A DNA stretch of 64,000 nucleotides, taken from NCBI GenBank assembly GCA_025054955.1, contig JANWZE010000152.1:70419-134418 (forward strand), in the 5' to 3' direction. Origin of the DNA: Blastocatellia bacterium. Lineage in GTDB: Bacteria; Acidobacteriota; Blastocatellia; HR10; J050. The notes beneath the pieces were generated by a model. That model worked only from the letters and a program-made list of their open reading frames with translations, ran no database searches and had not been told where the DNA came from. Both the position numbers and the translations under genes were made by a program. The first letter of the stretch is position 1, and the number at the start of each line of letters is the position of its first letter. This document shows, one piece after another, positions 30,222 through 39,356 of the stretch.

Positions 30222-30656
30222 TCATGACGAAGCTGGAGTATGATGGCCGATGACTGTGACTTTTTCTTTCAGCCTTTTGATACCGTCGCGGAGGGTGCGT
30301 TCAATGCTATGGCGCAACATGGGCCGCAATAGACGAGCCACCATCGTGCGCTTCGTGCTGAATTGGACAGACCAGCGCAGGCGAGTACCAGAACCACTCG
30401 GTTCCAACTGAATCTCGCCGATCATAGTCTTAATGGTTTTGGGCAAGCCGGAGACAGAGTAGACCAGTAGCTTGTTTGTTTCCTGATGCAGAACAGTGAG
30501 CAATCCTTTGGTGGATTTGGAATCAAAATCCCGAACGGCTGACCAAACACGTTCGGGCGGCGCGGCCACCAGCGTGACCAGCTCGATGCGGGACGTGACA
30601 TTGGAGCGGGAGTGGCCGGTCGTTCTGTTTTGTACTGTGCTCACAGCAACGGTCAT
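30222..30656 (-). CDS. SRPBCC (START/polyketide-cyclase-like) family protein
   Basis: Contains IELVTLVAAPPERVWSAVRDFD.., a typical SRPBCC opening. The gene lies 7-34 nt downstream of the ECF sigma stop. The start is the ATG at 30656. Confidence 0.7.
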   Translation of the reverse strand: MTVAVSTVQNRTTGHSRSNVTSRIELVTLVAAPPERVWSAVRDFDSKSTKGLLTVLHQETNKLLVYSVSGLPKTIKTMIGEIQLEPSGSGTRLRWSVQFSTKRTMVARLLRPMLRHSIERTLRDGIKRLKEKVTVIGHHTPASS

Positions 30657-30689
30657 CTTCTCACCTTGCAGCAAAGAACTCAAGTCGAA

Positions 30690-31307
30690 TTAGGCGATTT
30701 GCGGCTGTGAGGAACCGGATAAGCTGCCACGGCGCCGGCCCAGGAGCAATTTTCTCAATTTGAGACGCGCTTTGTGAAGTTGCGATTTCGAGGTTCCGGC
30801 GCTGATGTGGAGTTTCTCGGCGATTTCTTCGTGCTCATAGCCTTCAATATCGTGCAACACCAGCACGTTGCGATAGCCGGTGGGAAGCTGCGCGATAGCG
30901 CGTTCCAAAGCCATTCGATCAATCAGCGAGATTTCATTTCGCTGATCATGCGGATCAACTTCAGCCAGGCTTTGCAGCGAGTCATCTTCGACCGCCTCTT
31001 CCCGGTGTTTGCGCTGCTCGCGGCGCAGGTGCATGAGCACCGTGTTGACCGTCATGCGATAGAGCCATGTGGCCAGCGCAGCGTCTCCTTGGAACGTGCC
31101 GATTTTGCGGTGCAGTTGCACGAACACGTCTTGCGTGACGTCTTCAGCGTCGGTTGGGTTTCCCAGCATGCGCAAGCACAATGAATAGACCTTGCGCGAG
31201 TGGGTTCGATAGATCATTTCAAAAGCGGCCTCATCACCAGCGGCCGAGGCCTGAGCCAGAGCGAAATCGGACATAGGTAATGTGGCTTCAAGTGTCATAG
31301 TTGGCAT
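30690..31307 (-). CDS. ECF-subfamily RNA polymerase sigma factor
   Basis: Region 2 is [31 protein letters not shown]. Region 4 is [41 protein letters not shown]. The start is ambiguous (31307, 31298 or 31274). Confidence 0.9.
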   Translation of the reverse strand: MPTMTLEATLPMSDFALAQASAAGDEAAFEMIYRTHSRKVYSLCLRMLGNPTDAEDVTQDVFVQLHRKIGTFQGDAALATWLYRMTVNTVLMHLRREQRKHREEAVEDDSLQSLAEVDPHDQRNEISLIDRMALERAIAQLPTGYRNVLVLHDIEGYEHEEIAEKLHISAGTSKSQLHKARLKLRKLLLGRRRGSLSGSSQPQIA

Positions 31308-31579
31308 CCTCTGTTTGAATGAAGTTTTCTGACCTGATTTTGCTGCGCCAGCCAGTAAGCTGACAACGAACGCGACCTCTTGTTCCGCAAGGAGTGAACA
31401 TAACAGGGAGCTCCTGCCAGTAAACCTTCAGCGAGCGAGAATATGATGAAAGCAAACACCAAACTCATCCTGGCAGAAGATCGGCCCTGACCCAATGAAG
31501 CTGGGCATTGGACGATGGCTCGGCCACAAGCTCGTGTAGGTTTCATGTCGTGACGTGGACTGGGCAATGGTCGCTTCAT
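31295..31579 (-). CDS. Possible small membrane protein upstream of the ECF sigma gene (94 aa)
   Basis: There is a strong GAGGAG 6-7 nt upstream of the ATG at 31579. It has one hydrophobic segment ([19 protein letters not shown]). The composition is Arg/Ser-rich, so it may be spurious. Confidence 0.3.
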   Translation of the reverse strand: MKRPLPSPRHDMKPTRACGRAIVQCPASLGQGRSSARMSLVFAFIIFSLAEGLLAGAPCYVHSLRNKRSRSLSAYWLAQQNQVRKLHSNRGCQL

Positions 31580-31764
31580 GTTCTCTCCTCTTGTTTTGAG
31601 CCGTCATTCTTTTTGCAACCGGCGTGCCGTGAATGTTGAGCTTCGCCCAGTTGCCTCAGGTTCGACCTGTAACCGGCAGAAAACACGTCTTGTTGGCGTC
31701 ATGATCCGTGCCTTCATGAGGTTGTTACTTTGTATTGCGCTTTGATTCATAGCGACACCCTAAC

Positions 31765-31789
31765 AACGTTTTTCGTGTGTCTTGGTTCC
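31765..31789 (-). promoter_or_regulatory. ECF-type promoter candidate: GGAAC-N16-CGTT
   Basis: The reverse complement reads GGAACcaagacacacgaaaaaCGTT. It lies about 185 nt upstream of the 94-aa ORF and 460 nt upstream of the sigma gene. Confidence 0.4.
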
Positions 31790-31953
31790 GAAATCGTATT
31801 ACGTGGCGCGTGGCCAGATTGGTTTTCTTGAGAGCCAGTTGGCCAGGCCTTGGCCGCATGAGCACAATGAGCAATGAAGCGACTCGGTCCTCATCATGAT
31901 TCATGATGGGCGCGGTCCGAGTCGCAGATTGTTCCCGTCTGGTTGGTGCGTGG

Positions 31954-33297
31954 TTAGTCGTTGATCGCGGCCGTGAGAGCCTCGTGGAAGATGTTCACAG
32001 CGCAGTCTACTTGTTCGTGATCAATGATCAGGGGAGGGGAAAATCGAATGGTTGAAGCGCCAGCGCCGATGACAATCAACCCTCGCCGGAAACACTCTTG
32101 CACAATCCGGTCACGCAGCGCCTTGTCGGGCTCCAGCGTTTGACGATTTTTTACAAATTCTACGCCGATCATCAGACCTAATCCACGAACGTCGGCGATA
32201 CGTTCATGAAATGAAACCGCAAGCGAGCGAAGCCGCTCAAGCAGATACTGACCAACGACCCGACAGTTTTCCATGATGCCTTCTTCGAGTAACTGAATTG
32301 TCGCGCGGGCAGCCGCCAATGCGACCGGATTGCCGCCGAACGTGGAGGCATGCGCGCCTTCGTGCCATGCCATCAGTTCGGCGCGGGCCACTGTTGCGCC
32401 GAGCGGCAACCCCGAAGCAATACCTTTGGCGATGGTGATGATGTCGGGAACGAAGTCGAAGTGCTCGCAGGCAAAGAAACGGCCGGTCCGTCCCATGCCC
32501 GATTGAACTTCGTCAGCAATGATCAGGATGCCATACTTCTGGCGCAGATCGTTCAATTGCTCAAAGAATTTCTTTGGCGGGACGATGTAGCCACCCTCAC
32601 CCTGAATCGGTTCGACCACAATGGCGGCGACCTCTTCAGGCGGCACGGTGGTCTGAAATAACAGGTCTTCGACAACCCTCAGGCATTCGACCCGGCAGGT
32701 TTCCACGCGTTGTCCGTAGGCACAGCGCACGCAATGTGCATAAGGGATATGGGTGACGTCCAGCAGTTGGCGGCCAAAGCCACGACGTTGCGCTGTCTTG
32801 CTAGCCGTCAACGAGAGCGCGCCAAGCGTTCGACCATGAAAGGCGCCATGAAAGGCGATGAACTTATCACGTTTGGTTGCATAGCGGGCGACCTTCAACG
32901 CTGTCTCGATGGCTTCCGCGCCGGAATTGCCAAAGTGGACGCGTTTGGCAAACTCTCCGGGCGTGATCGTTGCAAGCGTTTCGGCGACTGTTGGGAGCAG
33001 ATCGTAATAGTAATCGGCAGCGCCAATGTGGAGGAATTGAGCCGCTTGCTCACTGATCGCTTGAACGACTCTGGGATGTGAATGGCCTGTTGCGCAAACA
33101 GCGATGCCGGCGTTGAAATCGAGGAAGTAGTTGCCGTCCACATCTTCGATGATCGCGCCAGACCCTCGTTTGATGACAAGTGGGAACGGGCGGGTGTAAG
33201 ACGGCGAGATCATGCGAGCGTCTCTTTGCAGGATGGCCTGAGCGTGGGGTCCGGGCAGTTGTGTTTGAATGCAAGGAAATTTCCTATCAGGTTGCAT
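31954..33297 (-). CDS. Class-III PLP aminotransferase (GabT / acetylornithine aminotransferase-like)
   Basis: Contains IADEVQSGMGRTGRFF and TIAKGIASGLPLG. ATG at 33297 after GGGAGG. Confidence 0.88.
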   Translation of the reverse strand: MQPDRKFPCIQTQLPGPHAQAILQRDARMISPSYTRPFPLVIKRGSGAIIEDVDGNYFLDFNAGIAVCATGHSHPRVVQAISEQAAQFLHIGAADYYYDLLPTVAETLATITPGEFAKRVHFGNSGAEAIETALKVARYATKRDKFIAFHGAFHGRTLGALSLTASKTAQRRGFGRQLLDVTHIPYAHCVRCAYGQRVETCRVECLRVVEDLLFQTTVPPEEVAAIVVEPIQGEGGYIVPPKKFFEQLNDLRQKYGILIIADEVQSGMGRTGRFFACEHFDFVPDIITIAKGIASGLPLGATVARAELMAWHEGAHASTFGGNPVALAAARATIQLLEEGIMENCRVVGQYLLERLRSLAVSFHERIADVRGLGLMIGVEFVKNRQTLEPDKALRDRIVQECFRRGLIVIGAGASTIRFSPPLIIDHEQVDCAVNIFHEALTAAIND

Positions 33298-33530
33298 CGT
33301 TGTACCTCCCTCTAACAAGCATTAACGCAGCATTCAAGAAATGCTCAGTGGGTGAGCAAACAGAAGGGAACAGACAGAAGCGAGGTTAATCGGCAAAGAG
33401 ATTTCGCCGCGCGAAGCGAGGTGTAGAACTTAAGCGGGACCGTTCCATCATGGAGATCACCAATTTCCGGTTGTGGCCGTTTCGAGCCGGCTCGGTCGCG
33501 GCTCCGGCTCGATCGGTCTGACTGGTTGGT

Positions 33531-35360
33531 TTATTCCTCGCGTTTCTCAGCGCCCCGACCGGCGATTTCTCCCAGGCTGGCCAATCGCCCGGAGTCATCA
33601 TTGACCGTATAGGATGTTGGCTCGGCTTTTTCGACTGCCGCGCGGGTTGACAGGCCGATTCGCCGTTGGCTGGGATCAAGCTTGAGAATGCGGAAATCGT
33701 ACTCCTGCCCGATCTGGACGACATCTTCAGGTTTCTCCACGCGCTCTTCGGACAGTTCCGAGATATGGCAGAGCCCTTCCACGCCGCTGCCTAAATCCAC
33801 GAACACGCCGAAGTTCACCACCCGCGCAATTTTGCCTTTGACAATATCGCCCGGCCGGTGAGTCGCGAAAAAGACCTCCCATGGGTCCGGTTCAAGCTCT
33901 TTCATGGAAAGGCTCAGCTTGCGGTTGTTGTAGTCAATGTGTTGGATGACGACTTCCACCTCTTGTCCTTTTTTCAACACATCCGACGGGTGCTTAACTT
34001 TTTGGCGAGAGATGTCAGAGACGTGCACCAACCCTTCGATACCTTTTTCGACTTCAACAAACGCGCCAAAATCGGTCATGCCACGGACGATGCCTTTCAG
34101 GCGCGTGCCCGGCGAATGGGTTTCGGCAAAGAGTTTCCACGGGTCTGGTTCCAGTTGCCGCAAGCTGAAACTCAAGCGCCGTTCTTTGGCATCGGCGCCA
34201 ATCACTTCCACCATCACTTGGTCGTCAACCTTGACATACTTGGAGGGATGTTTGAGCCGCTTATCCCAGCTCATCTCAGAGACGTGAATGAGTCCTTCGA
34301 TGCCTTCCTCCAGTTCCACAAAGGCGCCGTAGTTGACGATGCGCGTGACTCTGCCAAGAATGCGCGAGCCGACGGGATAGCGTTCGCTGATCGTGTCCCA
34401 GGGGTCTGGCAAGAGCTGTTTGAGTCCCAAATTGATTCGTCCCGCCTCGCGATCGAGTTTGAGGATTTTCAATTGGAGGATGTCGCCGACCTTCACCAAG
34501 TCCTTGGCATGTTGCACGCGCTTCCAGGCCATATCGGTGATATGGAGCAAGCCGTCAACGCCGCCCAGATCAATGAAAGCGCCATAATCGGTCAGGCTCT
34601 TAACGCGGCCTTGTACGATGTAGCCTTCCTCCAGGCTGTTCATCACTTCATTGCGTTTGGCAGCTTGTTCTTCTTCCAACAGTGCGCGGCGGGAGATGAC
34701 AATGTTGGCCTGCTTTCTATTCAGCTTAATGATCTTCGCCTCAATGTCTTTGCCTTGCCAGCTTTCCGGGTTGCGCACTTGATGCAGGTTCAGTTGGCTG
34801 GCCGGTAAGAACGCTTCCACACCGCCAAGGTTGACTTTGAACCCGCCCTTGACGCGCTCCACGATACGACCTTTGACAGGCGCTCCGCTTTCAGCCGCTT
34901 TTTCGATCTGTCCCCACATCTGTTTCTGCAGGGCTTCCTTGTAGGAGAGTCGAATGTAGCCATCTGGCGCGTCCAGCTCTTTGACCACAACCGGGATTTC
35001 CGAGCCGACGCTCACCTCTTGCATGCTTTCTTTGATCTCCGCAGCCGGAACAATACCCTCGGTTTTGAAGCCGACATCAACAAATGCGGCGTCATCTCTC
35101 AAGGCGATCAACCGACCAGTGATCATCTGACCAACCTTGATGCTCGAGGCCTGCTCCTCCATGGCCTCCAGCATGTCCCCAAACGTTTGATCTGAGAACG
35201 ATGGTTCTGTTGTGGCCTCCGCTGAAGCGGACAGCTCATTGGTTGGCGTCTCTGCCACAGCCGCCGGGCTGGCGCCAACAGCTTCATTCGTGGACGCAGG
35301 ACCGGAACCGGGCGGCGGCACTTCAGGACCTGCGCTTTGATTCAAATTATCTAGCGACAT
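33531..35360 (-). CDS. rpsA: 30S ribosomal protein S1
   Basis: Six S1 repeats (..G.V..i..fGaFV.l..gveGL.H.Se..). I prefer the start at ATG 35360 (MSLDNLNQ..). The tracked ORF begins at an upstream TTG. Confidence 0.93.
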   Translation of the reverse strand: MSLDNLNQSAGPEVPPPGSGPASTNEAVGASPAAVAETPTNELSASAEATTEPSFSDQTFGDMLEAMEEQASSIKVGQMITGRLIALRDDAAFVDVGFKTEGIVPAAEIKESMQEVSVGSEIPVVVKELDAPDGYIRLSYKEALQKQMWGQIEKAAESGAPVKGRIVERVKGGFKVNLGGVEAFLPASQLNLHQVRNPESWQGKDIEAKIIKLNRKQANIVISRRALLEEEQAAKRNEVMNSLEEGYIVQGRVKSLTDYGAFIDLGGVDGLLHITDMAWKRVQHAKDLVKVGDILQLKILKLDREAGRINLGLKQLLPDPWDTISERYPVGSRILGRVTRIVNYGAFVELEEGIEGLIHVSEMSWDKRLKHPSKYVKVDDQVMVEVIGADAKERRLSFSLRQLEPDPWKLFAETHSPGTRLKGIVRGMTDFGAFVEVEKGIEGLVHVSDISRQKVKHPSDVLKKGQEVEVVIQHIDYNNRKLSLSMKELEPDPWEVFFATHRPGDIVKGKIARVVNFGVFVDLGSGVEGLCHISELSEERVEKPEDVVQIGQEYDFRILKLDPSQRRIGLSTRAAVEKAEPTSYTVNDDSGRLASLGEIAGRGAEKREE

Positions 35361-35461
35361 CCAAAACACCTCTTGCCTAAAAGATTCACAACGCTTTTGG
35401 CAGCGTCGTGCTACAAATCCTGTAGAGCTTGCGTTTATAAGTTCATGCTTTGAAAGGCTCA

Positions 35462-35490
35462 ACTCTATACGTCGTGTCTGAAGTTGTCAA
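35462..35490 (-). promoter_or_regulatory. Sigma-70-type promoter candidate: TTGACA-N17-TAGAGT
   Basis: The reverse complement reads TTGACAacttcagacacgacgtaTAGAGT. It lies about 100 nt upstream of the rpsA ATG. Confidence 0.4.
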
Positions 35491-35545
35491 GCTCACTGCC
35501 GCCTGTGAACTTCTGGTTCAGTTTTCTTGCTTGCGGGCGCGAGTG

Positions 35546-35663
35546 ATTCACAGGAATCGCCCATGTGTTATCACACGCCACGAAGGATGAAAATGGAGCA
35601 CAGGCAGGAATACTTGTGCCACATTCTCACAGGATCGCCCATGTGTTATCACACGCCACGGAA
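35546..35663. repeat. Direct repeat of about 38 bp, two copies, period about 77-79
   Basis: attcacaggaatcgcccatgtgttatcacacgccacgaa and attctcacaggatcgcccatgtgttatcacacgccacggaa. Each contains TGTG-ttat-CACA. They are followed by a TTCGTG x3 run at 35677-35700. Confidence 0.85.
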
Positions 35664-35757
35664 AATACAATTCTTTCGTGAGGTTCGTGTGTTTCGTGGG
35701 CTATTTTCAGAGGAGCGGGGCACGCACAGCCCGAACTGCACAGCAACCATCACTCGG

Positions 35758-36702
35758 TCACGATGCGGTACCTACTGTTGATTGCGCCGGGCCGGCGCGG
35801 TGCAGGGAATTGAAGGGAAGCGTCGTCACCAATCCGAAACTAACAATGGCTAGGCCGAGCGTCGTTAACATGCCGATGATGGGTAGGGAAAAGATGATGG
35901 CAAAGGTCCCCATGCCATATAGCAGTGCGTTGATTGTAGAACGGTCGCGCCCGTGCCGGAATCGTTGCTGCACCCAGCGTCCAACTAACAAGTGCATGGC
36001 CAGGCTGCCGAAGAAATAGACGCCCAGTAGCACCAGCGAGGCGAACAACGTCAATGAAGCCGCTACTTCGACAGGCAATGTGCGAACCAACAGAAACAAG
36101 CCGACAACAAACAACATCGCGCTGAGCAAGCCAACGACACCGATGTTGACAGCTCGGTGTTTCAGCACATGGATGGCCCGATTCAGTTGTGTCGGCATGA
36201 TAGCGATCAGCAGCAAGGCGATCAAGAAATAAAACAAAAGGCCGAGGATGCGCTGACCTACATAAAGCGCCGACAGTTGTGGCAGGAAGAGCCGCCGCCA
36301 CGGCCGTTGAAAGGCATCGCGAAGGTAGTCGCCATACTCGCGGATGACGATTTTCTGCGCTTGTGGGTTGAGCGGCCTGGCCTCCGGCGTCTGGATGTAA
36401 TCGCCGCCGACAACGATCACGTCGCCGCCAATGTATCCGCCGTTGCGTTGCGTGATCGAACCGCCAATGACCGTTGCGTCTCCATGCACGCGGCCTTCAA
36501 TGGTGGCGTCGTTGCCCAGCACCAGCAGACTGCCATTGACCTGACCCAGCACATGCAGCGGTCGCCCCCGCACGACAATATCGGAAACGGTTTCATCGGC
36601 GCGCACAATCACCGGCTCAACAGCCGGTGATTGTGCGTAGACAGGGAGGGAATAGGACAGGAGACAAACAAGAACAATACTGCAACGTCGTCGGCAGCTC
36701 AT
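35758..36702 (-). CDS. Membrane protein with an exported beta-helix-like (bactofilin/DUF583-like) repeat region and a multi-TM C-terminal half
   Basis: Signal peptide, then GQVNGSLLVLGNDATIEGRVHGDATVIGGSITQRNGGYIGGDVIVVGGD, then about 5 hydrophobic helices. There is a 4-nt overlap with the anti-sigma gene. Confidence 0.7.
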   Translation of the reverse strand: MSCRRRCSIVLVCLLSYSLPVYAQSPAVEPVIVRADETVSDIVVRGRPLHVLGQVNGSLLVLGNDATIEGRVHGDATVIGGSITQRNGGYIGGDVIVVGGDYIQTPEARPLNPQAQKIVIREYGDYLRDAFQRPWRRLFLPQLSALYVGQRILGLLFYFLIALLLIAIMPTQLNRAIHVLKHRAVNIGVVGLLSAMLFVVGLFLLVRTLPVEVAASLTLFASLVLLGVYFFGSLAMHLLVGRWVQQRFRHGRDRSTINALLYGMGTFAIIFSLPIIGMLTTLGLAIVSFGLVTTLPFNSLHRAGPAQSTVGTAS

Positions 36703-37247
36703 GGTGTCTCAGGAGGGGCATCGAACTTCATGACCGTGCGCGCCAGCGCCAGACTCAATATGGCAGCCAACGTCAGCGCGAATAAGAGCCAGACCGGCAT
36801 CTGGCCCGACAAGTCGTGCGCCATGCCAAGCGTGACAAACGAAAGACCCTTGAAAAATACCACCGCCATGTTCCAGACAACGGAGCCGATGGCTTCGATG
36901 CCGGTCAGCAGTTCCATCAGGTAGTTACTGACGACATCAAATCGTAGAAACGCGACCGCCATAAGCCCCAGTGTGACGGCGGCCCGCAACGCGCGGCGTC
37001 GTTCAGCTTGCTGTTGAAAGGTCGTTGTTAAGTCGCCGTAGGCACGGTTCAAGATAGCTTGCTCCAGCCAAGCCGGCGGTTCCTTTTCGGCAAGGACAGC
37101 GTCAAGTTCAGCCAGCAGCGTTTGGTATGCTCGCATGAGCTTGGCGCAGTGCGCGCAGTGCGAGAGGTGACGCTGCACCTGCTCGCGCTCAGCGCCATGC
37201 AACTGGCCGTCCACATACAGGTAGATGCTCTCAGTTGTGCAGTTCAT
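36699..37247 (-). CDS. Anti-sigma factor (zf-HC2 type), membrane-anchored
   Basis: The N-terminus has H..C..C in YLYVDGQLHGAEREQVQRHLSHCAHCAKL. TM segments follow. There is a 4-nt overlap with the sigma gene. Confidence 0.82.
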   Translation of the reverse strand: MNCTTESIYLYVDGQLHGAEREQVQRHLSHCAHCAKLMRAYQTLLAELDAVLAEKEPPAWLEQAILNRAYGDLTTTFQQQAERRRALRAAVTLGLMAVAFLRFDVVSNYLMELLTGIEAIGSVVWNMAVVFFKGLSFVTLGMAHDLSGQMPVWLLFALTLAAILSLALARTVMKFDAPPETP

Positions 37248-37843
37248 TCGATTCCATCAATCCCCAGTTGAATGATTTTTTGGCGAATCGCTTCGCGAGC
37301 GCGGAACAACCGATTTTTCACTGTTCCCATCGGCAGCCCCGTGACCTGAGCGATTTCTTCATATTCCAGCTCGGCCACGTGGCGTAAGATGATGATCTGC
37401 CGGTACGGCACGGGCAATTGCGCGATCGCTTGTTCGATAAGCGCTCGTCGCTGATTGAAAATGGTCTGCTGCTCTGGCGAAGGTTCATGGGAGATGGCTT
37501 CCAACAAACCTTCGTGCGGCTCATCCTTCAGCGCGTCTAAGGAGAGCTCACCGTGCTGCCGGCGCAAATAGTCAATCGTGTGATTGGAGGCGATCTTGAA
37601 CAGCCAGGTGGTGAATTTGTACCGCTCGTCGTACTTGTCGAGGGCGGTATAGACTTTGAGAAAAACTTCCTGCGTTAAGTCCAACGCTGTTTCGTAGTCG
37701 TTGACCATTCGATAAATGAACTTGGTCACCGGACGATGATAGCGATGGACGATCTGCTCAAACGACTGCTTTTCGCCGCCAACCGCGCGCGTCATCATCT
37801 GCTGATCGCTATACCTCATAGCGATGGACGCCACCGTACTCAT
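37244..37843 (-). CDS. ECF-subfamily RNA polymerase sigma factor
   Basis: Contains FEQIVHRYHRPVTKFIYRMVNDYETALDLTQEVFLKVY and region 4 YRQIIILRHVAELEYEEIAQVTGLPMGTVKNRLFRAR. The start is trimmed to the ATG at 37843 to avoid overlapping pyrC. Confidence 0.9.
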   Translation of the reverse strand: MSTVASIAMRYSDQQMMTRAVGGEKQSFEQIVHRYHRPVTKFIYRMVNDYETALDLTQEVFLKVYTALDKYDERYKFTTWLFKIASNHTIDYLRRQHGELSLDALKDEPHEGLLEAISHEPSPEQQTIFNQRRALIEQAIAQLPVPYRQIIILRHVAELEYEEIAQVTGLPMGTVKNRLFRAREAIRQKIIQLGIDGIE

Positions 37844-37863
37844 ACGCTCAGGCCGTTGGGTGG

Positions 37864-37888
37864 TACGCAAGAGGCCATGAAATGTTTC
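37864..37888 (-). promoter_or_regulatory. ECF-type promoter candidate: GAAAC-N16-CGTA
   Basis: The reverse complement reads GAAACatttcatggcctcttgCGTA. It lies 21 nt upstream of the proposed sigma start, between it and the pyrC stop. Confidence 0.35.
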
Positions 37889-37907
37889 GCCTCGGCCGAC
37901 CCTTCTT

Positions 37908-39200
37908 TCAAGCCTGGTAAACGATCTTGCCGGCGACAATCGTGGTTTTGACAGCCCCCGTGAGCGTCCAGCCGTGAAACGGCGAATTTCGGCTCTTTGA
38001 TTTGAATCGGTTCCGATCAATCGTCACCGTGCGCTGTGGATCAATGATGGTGACATCAGCCACGCTGCCAACGCGGAGCGAGCCGCGATCAAGTCGGACA
38101 ATCCGTGCCGGGTTGGTTGAGAGCAACTGGACAAGTCGAGCCAGCGAAATATGCCCCCGATGCACCAACCGATCCAGCGCCAAACTGACGGCTGTTTCCA
38201 AACCGATGATGCCAAAGGCTGCCTGATCAAATTCCAGCATTTTCTCATCGTCATGATGGGGAGCATGGTCAGTGGCGATAGCATCAACCGTGCCATCGGC
38301 CAGACCTTCGATAAGAGAGTCAACGTCACGTTGTGTGCGCAGGGGCGGCGACATCTTCATGTTGGTGTCATAGCCGACCACCGCTTCCTCGGTGAGTGTG
38401 AAGTGATGAGGTGTCACTTCGCAGGTGACGCTGAGTCCTTTCTGTTTGGCGCGGCGCACAAGCTCCAGCGAACCGGCTGTACTCAGGTGAGCGATATGGA
38501 CGTGCGCGCCGGTTGCTTCGGCCAGCACAATGTCGCGTGCGACGTGAACCTCTTCGGCGGCAGCCGGCATGCCGCGCAGCCCTAACATGGTCGAATAAAA
38601 TCCTTCATTCATGACGCCGCCGGCGGACAGATGGAGGTCCTGGCAATGGTCAATCACGGGAATGCCCAGTTGACAGGCGTATTCCATTGCTCGACGCATC
38701 ACGTTGGCGTTCATCACCGGACGCCCGTCATCGCTGATGGCGACGGCGCCGGCGGCGACCATCTCGCCGATCTCGGCCAGCGACTCGCCATGGGATTGAT
38801 GAGTAATCGCTCCCACAGGGAAGACATTCACGATCGCTTTTTCACGAGCCTGATCAATGATGTATCGCGTGATCGCCGCATGATCGTTGACCGGCGCTGT
38901 GTTTGGCATCGCGCATACGGAGGTGAACCCGCCAGCGGCAGCCGCTTGCGCGCCCGTTTCAATCGTCTCTTTGTACTCCTGCCCTGGCTCGCGCAAATGC
39001 ACGTGAAGATCAATGAAGCCAGGCGCGACGATGCACCCACTGGCATCCAGGCATTCAGCTTCGGGACAGGAAATCCGTTTCTCAATTCGGGCGACGCGGC
39101 CATCTTCAATCAGAATGTCACAGTCGGATTCGACGGATTGACTCGGATCAATCAATCTTCCGTTTTGAATGAGCAGTTTCATGGGGTTTACAATGGGCAT
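37908..39200 (-). CDS. pyrC: Dihydroorotase
   Basis: Contains [13 protein letters not shown], plus the later HVHIAHLST and ATDHAPH motifs. The start is the ATG at 39200 or at 39182 ([13 protein letters not shown]). Confidence 0.92.
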   Translation of the reverse strand: MPIVNPMKLLIQNGRLIDPSQSVESDCDILIEDGRVARIEKRISCPEAECLDASGCIVAPGFIDLHVHLREPGQEYKETIETGAQAAAAGGFTSVCAMPNTAPVNDHAAITRYIIDQAREKAIVNVFPVGAITHQSHGESLAEIGEMVAAGAVAISDDGRPVMNANVMRRAMEYACQLGIPVIDHCQDLHLSAGGVMNEGFYSTMLGLRGMPAAAEEVHVARDIVLAEATGAHVHIAHLSTAGSLELVRRAKQKGLSVTCEVTPHHFTLTEEAVVGYDTNMKMSPPLRTQRDVDSLIEGLADGTVDAIATDHAPHHDDEKMLEFDQAAFGIIGLETAVSLALDRLVHRGHISLARLVQLLSTNPARIVRLDRGSLRVGSVADVTIIDPQRTVTIDRNRFKSKSRNSPFHGWTLTGAVKTTIVAGKIVYQA

Positions 39201-39356
39201 CAATCATAGGGTCGAACACAGTGAGGGTCAAGCCGGTGGTCAACTGACTGAGTGACGCATCTTGGCCGTGCGGCGTTCCAGTTGCTTGACGCTGATGAGC
39301 AAGCTTGCTACTCTAGCCAACTTGCAAGCGACACACGATGTGACACGGCAGAGAGC

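Noticed and set aside
33858-34808. Long ORFs antisense to confident genes. Examples are 33858-34808(+) opposite rpsA, 13885-14595(+) opposite the sigma-54 activator, 55320-55970(-) opposite ispH, 48278-49039(-) opposite kynA/kynU, 23460-24119(-) and 24786-25526(-) opposite the TonB receptor, 47171-47788(-), 38631-39209(+) and 62938-63417(-).
   Set aside because: Each lies fully inside a gene with strong family signatures on the other strand. Their translations are Arg/Ala/Gly/Ser-rich with no recognisable motifs, as expected for antisense frames in GC-rich DNA.
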